DNA of 32,000 nt from an uncultured Nitrospiraceae bacterium (GTDB taxonomy: Bacteria > Nitrospirota > Nitrospiria > Nitrospirales > Nitrospiraceae): positions 1,507,231 through 1,539,230 of the forward strand of contig CAWDFX010000002.1 in the NCBI GenBank assembly GCA_963801725.1, in the 5' to 3' direction. The notes under the pieces were generated by a model that saw only the letters and a list, made by a program, of their open reading frames with translations, was not told where the DNA came from and searched no databases. Below are positions 17,521-24,720 of the stretch, one piece after another (the stretch's first letter is position 1; each line of letters starts with the position of its first letter). The translations under genes and the position numbers were made by a program.

Positions 17521-18425
17521 GATTTCCCTTCTGCTAATGTGGCTCCGGCCCCCATAGGTGCTCCTGCCAATTTAGGCGCAATCCCGTCCGGCGTACCATG
17601 CCTTTGTGCAAACTCATCGCTGCCGACAACCATGATATCGTTCTTCCGTGACATTGCGCCGCGTTTGCCCTTGACCCAAAAGAACGATTGACCAACGAAG
17701 TGGCCGATTTGCCACCAAATGGTGAAGACCAACATAGAAACGAAGGCCGAGAAAAACGCCGAGATCCAGACGGTGTGTCCACCGAACGTACGCAGCGATC
17801 CCACCTCAATGATTCGGATATACTCAGGTGTCCCAGTACGGACATAAGTGAATCCCATGTAATCGGCCAGCGACATGAGCTGACCATCCACAACCAACGG
17901 TTGGTGGCTGTATCCGAATAGAGCGTATTGTGTTGGATTAAACATCATTGCGAATGCCCACACCCCGAATATCGCGGTGAGCATCCAGCTCCGAGTCAGC
18001 AACAGGGTGCAATCAAGGATCAGCGCGCTGCTGACCATGGTGGCGGGCATGACGAAGTTCATCGGAAAGTTGGCCCACCAGTACCAAGCAAATACAATCG
18101 TGATCCACTTCCCGACGAGGAGCCCCGTGATGCTCAATGTTGCACCAAACGGTTGCCGGTAGAACGTCCAGAAGTAGTACATGATCGCCCCAGGATACAT
18201 GACCTCGACAATTGGTGTCACCGTCACCCAAAACTGCCGGTCCTTCCAATCGACCCAGAAATCCCAGTCTCCTGCAAGCAGGTCGAAGTGCATATGAAAG
18301 GTTGCGAATACCCCTAAATATGCAATCGGAATGAAATACACCGCATCTATCATTCTTGACAGCTTGACGCCTTCCGGCGGAAGCTTGCTGGCTTTGATAA
18401 TTTCTGCGGTTCTAAACAGTGCCAT
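17517..18425 (-). CDS. amoA: Ammonia monooxygenase subunit A, divergent lineage, with an Ala/Gly/Pro-rich C-terminal extension
   Basis: MALFRTAEIIKASKLPPEGV..., LLAGDWDFWVDWKDRQFW, YVRTGTPEYIRIIEVGSLRTFGGHT, SAFFSAFVSML. The likely start is ATG 18425, preceded by GAGGAGGGG; the ORF-track GTG 18440 lies inside that RBS. Confidence 0.95.
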   Translation of the reverse strand: MALFRTAEIIKASKLPPEGVKLSRMIDAVYFIPIAYLGVFATFHMHFDLLAGDWDFWVDWKDRQFWVTVTPIVEVMYPGAIMYYFWTFYRQPFGATLSITGLLVGKWITIVFAWYWWANFPMNFVMPATMVSSALILDCTLLLTRSWMLTAIFGVWAFAMMFNPTQYALFGYSHQPLVVDGQLMSLADYMGFTYVRTGTPEYIRIIEVGSLRTFGGHTVWISAFFSAFVSMLVFTIWWQIGHFVGQSFFWVKGKRGAMSRKNDIMVVGSDEFAQRHGTPDGIAPKLAGAPMGAGATLAEGKS

Positions 18426-18488
18426 TTGTCCCCTCCTCACTCGTTCTGAACATCAGTCTCCTCCCCATAGTTCAACTAGCCTCCCGAC

Positions 18489-19289
18489 TTAGTACGGGAT
18501 CACATGCAAACAGTCCTTGCTCTCGTTGTTCCAGACCACATCACACAGGTTGGACATGCGCGCCACGATCTGCGCCGCCACGCCCCCCGTGCCGCCGAAC
18601 AACCCGCACCAGCCCAACGTCACAAAGCCCCAGTGCAACGGCGCGGCAAAGAGCTCATCGACGAACCAGAACGCATGCCCCCACTCATTGAGGCCCACGT
18701 TCGGCAGAATCATCATCGGCCCCACGATCGCTCCCACCAACGGGAACGAGACCGCCTTGCTGAACTGCGGCAGCCGGGTCATGGCATACAGGTAACTCGC
18801 GACGCCACAGGTGATGTACAACGGGAAGGTGAAGTAGAACGCGATAATATGGCTGGCGGTGAAGCTCGTATCGCGGATGATCACTTGATGCCACGACGCA
18901 TCCTGCTCCAGCGTATAACTGCCGGCCCAGTACACGCCGAACACATAAATCGCGAGCCACATCATCCAGTAAAAGTACCGCTTGAGTTCCGTCTTGGGAT
19001 CGACGTTGGCGATGTTCCGATCCCGCGTGCTCCAAATCCATCCCAGGGTCGCGGCCGAGAAGATGATGTTGGAAATCACGTTAAAGCGCCACAGGCCCAT
19101 CCAGACGTTTTCGAACTCCGGCGTCATCGAGTCCAACCCGTGGGAGTACCCAAAGACGCGCTGAAACACGACCTCGGCGCCCACCGCCGCCAACATTGCA
19201 AACCAGCCGATCTTGAGAGGCCTGGAATCGTACCAGAGCGACATGTCGTACCCCCGGTCGCTACCCCCCCATGTTGTTGAACTCGCCAT
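18489..19289 (-). CDS. amoC: Ammonia monooxygenase subunit C
   Basis: [57 protein letters not shown] (the conserved AmoC/PmoC metal-site region). ATG 19289 has GGAGG 7 nt upstream. Confidence 0.95.
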   Translation of the reverse strand: MASSTTWGGSDRGYDMSLWYDSRPLKIGWFAMLAAVGAEVVFQRVFGYSHGLDSMTPEFENVWMGLWRFNVISNIIFSAATLGWIWSTRDRNIANVDPKTELKRYFYWMMWLAIYVFGVYWAGSYTLEQDASWHQVIIRDTSFTASHIIAFYFTFPLYITCGVASYLYAMTRLPQFSKAVSFPLVGAIVGPMMILPNVGLNEWGHAFWFVDELFAAPLHWGFVTLGWCGLFGGTGGVAAQIVARMSNLCDVVWNNESKDCLHVIPY

Positions 19290-19396
19290 ACACGGACCTC
19301 CTTTTTATGTGATTGAGACCCACCGCGTATTCCAGAGAAAAATTCTCCGGGGAACCATCACTACTACTGGTTGCTGCCGTTTATCTGCGTGGCGGG

Positions 19397-19426
19397 AGAT
19401 TAGCGGATACGGTTTCTTGATGTCAA
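19397..19426 (-). promoter_or_regulatory. Candidate sigma70-type promoter for amoC
   Basis: The minus strand has a perfect -35 TTGACA (19426..19421), an 18-nt spacer and a weak -10 TAATCT (19402..19397), about 110 nt upstream of the amoC ATG. This is a pattern match only. Confidence 0.2.
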
Positions 19427-19460
19427 GTAGAATATCCAAGGTGGAAGCCTACATCCTGCT

Positions 19461-19476
19461 TGCAAAATGCGTGCAA
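19461..19476 (-). promoter_or_regulatory. Sigma54-like -24/-12 motif and TTGCA-N7-TGCAA palindrome abutting the IS end
   Basis: The minus strand reads TTGCACGcattTTGCA against the consensus TGGCACG-N4-TTGCA. All specified positions match except the first G of the GG dinucleotide. The same bases form an inverted repeat TTGCA..TGCAA. Confidence 0.15.
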
Positions 19477-19477
19477 A

Positions 19478-20490
19478 GGACTATGCACTTAACTCCAGTT
19501 TCGTCACCTAAATTAAGAGGTGCCCGCAACCAGTCTGGAGTAGGGGGCAGGCTCAATTGATACAGCTTGCGCGACAAGTCCGTAGAACAGTTTCCAACGG
19601 TATCTGGACGTTCGACGGTTGAATCTAAACGTGAATTCCTCGAGATAGGTATCCAGCTGCTCGCGGGACAGTGCACCTTGATGGGTACCCATCAACCAGC
19701 GTCTCAACAAGGAGGCGACCCGGTGTACGCGGGGTAGCAAGGCAGACGACTGTTTTGCCGTTGGCATTGATCAATCGCGGTCGGTGCTTGAAACCCTCCT
19801 GTTTCAACCCTGCATAGCCTTTCCATCCATCCGTGATGACTATGGAGCCTGGTTCAACCACGTGTTTTACGAAGGTGACGAGCTGACTCGGAGAGGCGGC
19901 GGGAATCCGACGCAGACGGATGCGCCCAATCCCTTTCCCATCAATCTGCGCGGCGATCGCCACCAGGGCCTTGCTCTCTAGGTGCCAGCGGCCTCCTCCC
20001 GCCTCGACGTTCCCCATATGCATTTCGTCCACTTCAACTTCGCCTCCCAGTCTGTCCCAATCCGGCAGTACCATTGCTCGCCGCAATTTTTGTAGCCACA
20101 ACCAGGCAGTTCTATAACTGCCAAAGCCCAGCAGGCGCTGTAGTCCTAAGGCGCTGAGCTGGTGTTTCTGTCCGGTCATCCACCACATGGCTCGGAACCA
20201 GTCCTGCAAAGGAAGGCGGGTTCGATGGAAGATCGTTCCCGCTGTGACCGAGGCTTGGTATCCGCATCGGCGGCACATCAAGAGGCATCGTGTGGTTGTC
20301 CAACTGCCGTTGGTCGTGCACTGTGGGCAACAGAACCCAGTCGGCCAACGCAACCGAGCTAGGTAGGCACGGCACGCACCTTCTGTGGCGAAGCGCTGCT
20401 CGAACTCGGCGAGGGTCCGCATTATATAGTCCTCCACGGTGTGACCCCGCTAGGCCTGGGGTATACTGGAGTCAAGTGCATAGTCCGTTG
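19478..20490 (-). mobile_element. IS1595-family insertion sequence, full length with terminal inverted repeats
   Basis: IR-L 19478-19499 ggactatgcacttaactccagt; IR-R 20465-20486 actggagtcaagtgcatagtcc, whose reverse complement is ggactatgcacttgactccagt (21/22). The heptamer gtgcaaa occurs at 19471-19477, directly abutting IR-L, and at 20492-20498, 5 nt beyond IR-R; this may be a target duplication. Confidence 0.85.
19513..20422 (-). pseudogene. IS1595-family (ISXO2-like DDE) transposase, frameshifted near 19745-19765
   Basis: N-terminal Zn-ribbon (CPQC...CRRCGY), then the DDE region (EVEVDEMHMG..., SIVITDGWKGY). The C-terminal part (LPRVHRVASLLRRWLMGTHQGALSREQLDTYLEEFTFRFNRR) lies in a different frame (ORF 19513..19767). 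The switch is around the A4 run in ggcaaaaca. ATG 20422 has GGAGG 8 nt upstream. Confidence 0.85.
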
Positions 20491-20880
20491 TGTGCAAAAA
20501 ATATACAAGAAGGTGTTGTAATGTCAAGCACGCAGGAACACCTAAGATTGCCACGCGGCATCTGTGCCAACAAAGGCTGACGATCGCCGAGCTTCCTGAT
20601 CCTGTGTCCCGTCAGGGGCTCACCCGCGCTCATGCAACTGTTTGGGGTTGTTTAGAATGAAGGTCCCGACTAGCCTGTGGGGTATTCGGGCAAAGAAAGT
20701 ATAGGGCGCAACGACCTTGCTACTACAGGGTTTTGAGGAGCAGAGTATTTCTAACTGTCATATTCGAATTGTCGAGAAACCATAGCCGCCATATCCTCTT
20801 CTCCTTAAAGTTCTCCTTAAAAAGTAATCAGTGAGACGTGCCCCGGTCTGCGCCAGACCCATTTTCTTCCATATGGGAAC

Positions 20881-22902
20881 TCAGTGCACGTGATCGTCTG
20901 GAGGCGGACGAATTTCATCTTCCCTGTTAAGTTGACCGATCTCCCGCATCAATGCGCCGATGTCCGTCCATCCCGCTCCATCCACCTCAGGGATCCAGCG
21001 CGCCCGCAGATAGCCATAGCGGTCTATCAGGAACTCCATGTGTTTGGGCGCTGTTCCCTCACCGGCCAGATCAGGATTGCTGAGGGTTCTACGGAACAAT
21101 GCGTAGCTTTTCGCAATTTCCGGCCCACCCTGCGTTGCCACGGGGAAAGGCATGTTTGCCAAGACTGACTCCAGATCCTGCTGTTTGCTGTCATTCACTG
21201 GGACCGCCAGCACCACCGTATTGCTGCCACTTAGTGTGGCGTATGCCAGCCGCAACTGATCGAGCCTCGTGCGTGACTCTGGCCACGAAAACAGCACCAA
21301 CAGCACTATTTTGTGTTGGCGGAAATCCTTCAACGTGCCGCTTGCGCCGTCGTGCGCGGAATAGGAGAAGTTTTGCGGGGCCATATAGGGCTGATTGGGG
21401 GCGACAAAGGGGTTGATGAGGCGCGCCTGATAGCCGCGGGACGTGGCATGGAGAAAGTTCACGACATCCCAGCGATCCTCTTCTGTAAGTTTGTCAGCAA
21501 ATGCCGGCATACCTGTATCGGGAATACCATAAGTCAGCCAGTGGAAAAAATCGCCTGCGGTGTGCTTGAGAGTGTGCGGCTCCGTGAGCAGATCCACCGG
21601 TGGCTTCTTGAAGGTCTTGGCCAGAACGCCATTGCCCTTGGCTTGAGGGCCGTGGCAAGGCACGCAGTTCGCGGCGAAGTGGGTCGCACCGTTGGCAACA
21701 GAAATGGCATCGAACGGGACCGGCGTCTTACGGTAGGTTTCAGGATAGGCCTGAATAGCAATGGGAGGCAGCGCCACGGCCAGCGCACAGGCAGCCAGTG
21801 CGATCGGGATGGTTATGCGCCATTTTGTTTTCCAGCGTTTGGTTCGACCTAGTATGATCGCCCCACCTGCCAGCACAAGCAGTGCGATTCCGATTCCCCC
21901 TCCAATCATCGCTCCCGGCTCGCCCCAGGTGGCGTCGATGGAGAAGCGGAATGGATAGGGCCAGTCTTCAATGACGGCATGCTTTGCCGGCACGGCGTTG
22001 GCCAGCACTGTTGCCACCAACACCAGCGTCAACGCGATCGCGAATTCGACGGATACCCATTTTCGAAGGCCTCGGCCACCGGCTGCAGCTACATTAGGGT
22101 TCTGATCAAGCGACGGCACCCAGAGGAGGCGAGCGCATGCGCCGATCACAAGAATCGGTGCGAGCAACGAGACCTTTGTATTCAGTAGCCAGCCGTAGCT
22201 CGTCGCAACTAATGCAGCGTAGCTCGTGTCCACCATCTGATCCGCAACGAGGATGCCGGTGGCAACGACAGCGACCATCACCGGCAACGCTATTGCCGAG
22301 AAACGCTTCAGGGTCTGGATATCGGACCGATCCACTTCATCGTGTGAGCCCTTCCTACTAGTGGCGAATATGACCGTGAGAATGGCTGGCAACCCTCCGA
22401 ACCAGACACTTGCGAGAATGATGTGCAGCGTGTAGGGCAGGACCGATGCCACGGATAGCTCTCCGGCTGCGGAATGGCTTGCGAGCGATCCCACTGCCAG
22501 CGTGAGCGCGGCGAAGGTCGCGCACAACACATACCGCCAATGCGCCGAAGGGGAGAATCGAATGTAGAGGGCTACGCCGAGGACGATAAGCGCAAGGGCT
22601 GCGCGCGCCATCCAGATGAGTCCTATGCGGGTTTTCTGTAAGAATTCTAGCCAGGCCCCCGGGTGCCAAGCATTTTCGGCTAACCCCGTGGCCTGCGCCG
22701 TAGTCGTGGCCAGCAAGCCCACCAACCCTAGCAAAAGCGCGACTGAAAGCCACGGTAACGCCTGTCCCAGGCGGGCTGGCCATGGGGCGTCGGATGCGGT
22801 TCTGGCGCGCACGGCAATCGCGAGAAAGACGCAGCCGCCGATCAGGATCATGTTGGACGCAAGCTGCAGCCAGCGGAACAGCGCGCCGATGACCTCGATC
22901 AT
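20881..22902 (-). CDS. copD: CopD-family copper transport membrane protein fused to a mono-heme cytochrome c domain and a Cys-less thioredoxin/peroxiredoxin-fold domain
   Basis: About 380 aa of polytopic CopD-like membrane domain. Next comes CVPCH (codons 413-417, about 21652-21666) with a downstream GMPAF Met ligand region. The final ~170 aa have a redoxin-like fold (KIVLLVLFSWPESR...VLAVPVND...MEFLIDRYGYLRARW) lacking catalytic Cys. ATGA overlap with copC. Confidence 0.85.
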   Translation of the reverse strand: MIEVIGALFRWLQLASNMILIGGCVFLAIAVRARTASDAPWPARLGQALPWLSVALLLGLVGLLATTTAQATGLAENAWHPGAWLEFLQKTRIGLIWMARAALALIVLGVALYIRFSPSAHWRYVLCATFAALTLAVGSLASHSAAGELSVASVLPYTLHIILASVWFGGLPAILTVIFATSRKGSHDEVDRSDIQTLKRFSAIALPVMVAVVATGILVADQMVDTSYAALVATSYGWLLNTKVSLLAPILVIGACARLLWVPSLDQNPNVAAAGGRGLRKWVSVEFAIALTLVLVATVLANAVPAKHAVIEDWPYPFRFSIDATWGEPGAMIGGGIGIALLVLAGGAIILGRTKRWKTKWRITIPIALAACALAVALPPIAIQAYPETYRKTPVPFDAISVANGATHFAANCVPCHGPQAKGNGVLAKTFKKPPVDLLTEPHTLKHTAGDFFHWLTYGIPDTGMPAFADKLTEEDRWDVVNFLHATSRGYQARLINPFVAPNQPYMAPQNFSYSAHDGASGTLKDFRQHKIVLLVLFSWPESRTRLDQLRLAYATLSGSNTVVLAVPVNDSKQQDLESVLANMPFPVATQGGPEIAKSYALFRRTLSNPDLAGEGTAPKHMEFLIDRYGYLRARWIPEVDGAGWTDIGALMREIGQLNREDEIRPPPDDHVH

Positions 22903-23303
22903 TTCTTTTGCACTTTATCCTTTACCGTGAAGTCGAAGGAAGACTCCACCACGTGACCGTCTACCGACAGCACCCGAAATTTCACGGAATACTTCCCAGG
23001 CGCCAATTCCGGTAATGGCAGGATGATGGATTTTCGATCATCCGGAGCAAGTTGAGGATGGATCTCGGTTACAGGATGCTTTTCGGCGTCGAGCACGACA
23101 AGGGACGCGTAGTCGCCTTCGATTTCTTCGTTGAACCAGAGTCGTACCTGCGCCGGCGCTTTGGCGAGGAGAGCCCGGCGCGGCGGCTCTGCCTTGACCA
23201 GCATTGAATGAGCTAACGCCGGAGCGGCATATACGCACATAGCCATGGCCATCACTGCGCCTACCATGACGCGCTTGGGCGCATGAACGACCCATGATCC
23301 CAT
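22899..23303 (-). CDS. copC: CopC-family periplasmic copper-binding protein
   Basis: The signal peptide ends ...APALA|HSMLVKAEP, so the mature N-terminus is His. A CopC beta-sandwich pattern follows (VRLWFNEEIE..., YSVKFRVLSVDGHVVESSFDFTV). GAGGAGGG lies 6 nt upstream of ATG 23303. Confidence 0.9.
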   Translation of the reverse strand: MGSWVVHAPKRVMVGAVMAMAMCVYAAPALAHSMLVKAEPPRRALLAKAPAQVRLWFNEEIEGDYASLVVLDAEKHPVTEIHPQLAPDDRKSIILPLPELAPGKYSVKFRVLSVDGHVVESSFDFTVKDKVQKK

Positions 23304-23406
23304 TAGATACCCTCCTCATTCCTTACTGTTTCACTCGCTCGCAGCAGCCGGCCATTTGGCCGGCTTGTTTCGGCGCACTACTCTCCGGCGACGGATGACC
23401 GGCCGC

Positions 23407-23994
23407 CTACGAAACGGTACTAACCGAGGGTTTGCGGCGACTGCGTAGGAAAAAGAAGATCGCCGCTCCACCGGCAATCGCTGCGAGCGGGACTATGACC
23501 ATGATGTAGTGCATGAAGTGCGAAACCACTCCCGATTCTCCTACCGAGATCGGGAATCGCGCTACATGTTCCTGCGTGCCCCCAACGGTGACTACACCGA
23601 TGAATTTGCCGGGCTGGTTGAAGTTATATTCGAAATTGATGAAACCTCCGGGGTAGACTTTGGGCGGCAGGTGAACGATCGTGATGGCCTGAAGGTCCTG
23701 CTCCGAACCCGTATCTTTGACGACCCGGACCTCGACGGGCAACGAACGGAGTTCCCCTTCGATATAATCGAGCACCAACACCGTACGGCCGGTCGACGGA
23801 ACATCCCCGCAGAGCTCTCTTTGGGCTGAGGTGTCAGGCTGATATTCGGTAAGGTGCATGCCGTAGGGTCCAAGCTTGAGTATGCAGAAGTTCTTGTCCA
23901 GCTCATGAAAGTGTTGGGCCTCTGCGGAGAGTGGAACTCCGATCGCCAGCATCAAAAAGCACACAACCGCGGGTTTCAGAAATCGCAAAGACAT
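23407..23994 (-). CDS. AmoD/AmoE (PmoD)-like exported protein with a C-terminal TM anchor, paralog 1
   Basis: Signal peptide, then a ~140-aa periplasmic domain (FCILKLGPYGMHLTEYQP...ELCGDVPSTGRTVLVLDY...), then a single C-terminal TM helix and a basic tail. The likely start is ATG 23994 (GAGGA 8 nt upstream), not the overlapping ORF-track start at 24168. The family assignment rests on architecture, motif and synteny with copCD/amoCAB. Confidence 0.65.
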   Translation of the reverse strand: MSLRFLKPAVVCFLMLAIGVPLSAEAQHFHELDKNFCILKLGPYGMHLTEYQPDTSAQRELCGDVPSTGRTVLVLDYIEGELRSLPVEVRVVKDTGSEQDLQAITIVHLPPKVYPGGFINFEYNFNQPGKFIGVVTVGGTQEHVARFPISVGESGVVSHFMHYIMVIVPLAAIAGGAAIFFFLRSRRKPSVSTVS

Positions 23995-24082
23995 CGTCAG
24001 TATCCTCATCGTTAGGCGTCTCAATTTCCTCGTTGAACCAGAGTCACACTGCGCCGGCGTGTTGGATCGGCTAGCCGGATGC

Positions 24083-24667
24083 CTATGAAACGGTACTGCC
24101 AGAAGTTTTGCCACGCCCGCGCAGAGCAAAGAAGAGCACCCCAATAACAGCGACCCCTGCGAATGCAATCAAGAAGTATGAGGGTGGCAACGGAATTTTC
24201 GTCTCCCCTACCGAGAATGGAAATCGTGATACATGTATTTGCTTGTCGCCTACGGTGACCAGGCCGACGAATTTACCGGGCTGGTCGAAATTGTATTCGA
24301 AATTGACCGTGCCGTTGGGATAGACCTTGGGCGGCAGGTGAAGGACTGTGATGGCCTGAAGGTCTTGCTCCGAGCCCGTATCCTTGATGACCCGAACCTC
24401 GGTGGGCAACGGGCGAAGAGCATCTTCCATGTAGTCGAGTACCACGACCGTGCGACCAGTTGCCGGAATATCCTCGCAGAATTCCTTGTTGCGCGTGTTG
24501 TCAGGCTGATAGCCGGTGAAGTGCATGTTGTACGGGCCGATCGTGAGTCGGCACATGTCCTCTGCCAGTGCCAGTCCTCCGTGAGCCTGGGCCTGTGTGG
24601 AGAATGTAACTCCGATCGCCAGCATCAAGAAGCACGCGCTAGCAGATTTCAGCAATTGCGCAGCCAT
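24083..24667 (-). CDS. AmoD/AmoE (PmoD)-like exported protein with a C-terminal TM anchor, paralog 2
   Basis: MAAQLLKSASACFLMLAIGVTFSTQAQA|HGG..., MCRLTIGPYNMHFTGYQP...EFCEDIPATGRTVVVLDY. About 60% identical by eye to paralog 1, with long near-identical DNA stretches. ATG 24667 is preceded by GAGGGAGGG. Confidence 0.65.
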   Translation of the reverse strand: MAAQLLKSASACFLMLAIGVTFSTQAQAHGGLALAEDMCRLTIGPYNMHFTGYQPDNTRNKEFCEDIPATGRTVVVLDYMEDALRPLPTEVRVIKDTGSEQDLQAITVLHLPPKVYPNGTVNFEYNFDQPGKFVGLVTVGDKQIHVSRFPFSVGETKIPLPPSYFLIAFAGVAVIGVLFFALRGRGKTSGSTVS

Positions 24668-24720
24668 TGTCAGGACCCTCCCTCTCGAATGTTGAACCAT
24701 GTGCTCACAGGCCGGAACAC

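Noticed and set aside
18504-19280. 258-aa plus-strand ORF
   Set aside because: It is antisense to amoC, whose identity is unambiguous. The sequence is Arg/His/Pro-rich low-complexity.
16255-19289. Alternative reading of the operon as a particulate methane (pmoCAB) or short-chain alkane monooxygenase
   Set aside because: Substrate cannot be read from sequence alone. However, co-location with AmoD/E-like genes, copCD, a ccm operon (needed for HAO-type cytochromes), nirK and a carbonic anhydrase, with no methanol or formaldehyde oxidation genes, favours ammonia oxidation. The alternative is kept as a refutation criterion in the main finding.
20845-20859. Hairpin ggtctg-cgc-cagacc just downstream of the copD stop
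   Set aside because: The stem is only 6 bp. The T-rich tract (cattttctt) is on the plus strand, where no gene ends, and on the copD (minus) strand no U-run follows. It is not convincing as a terminator.
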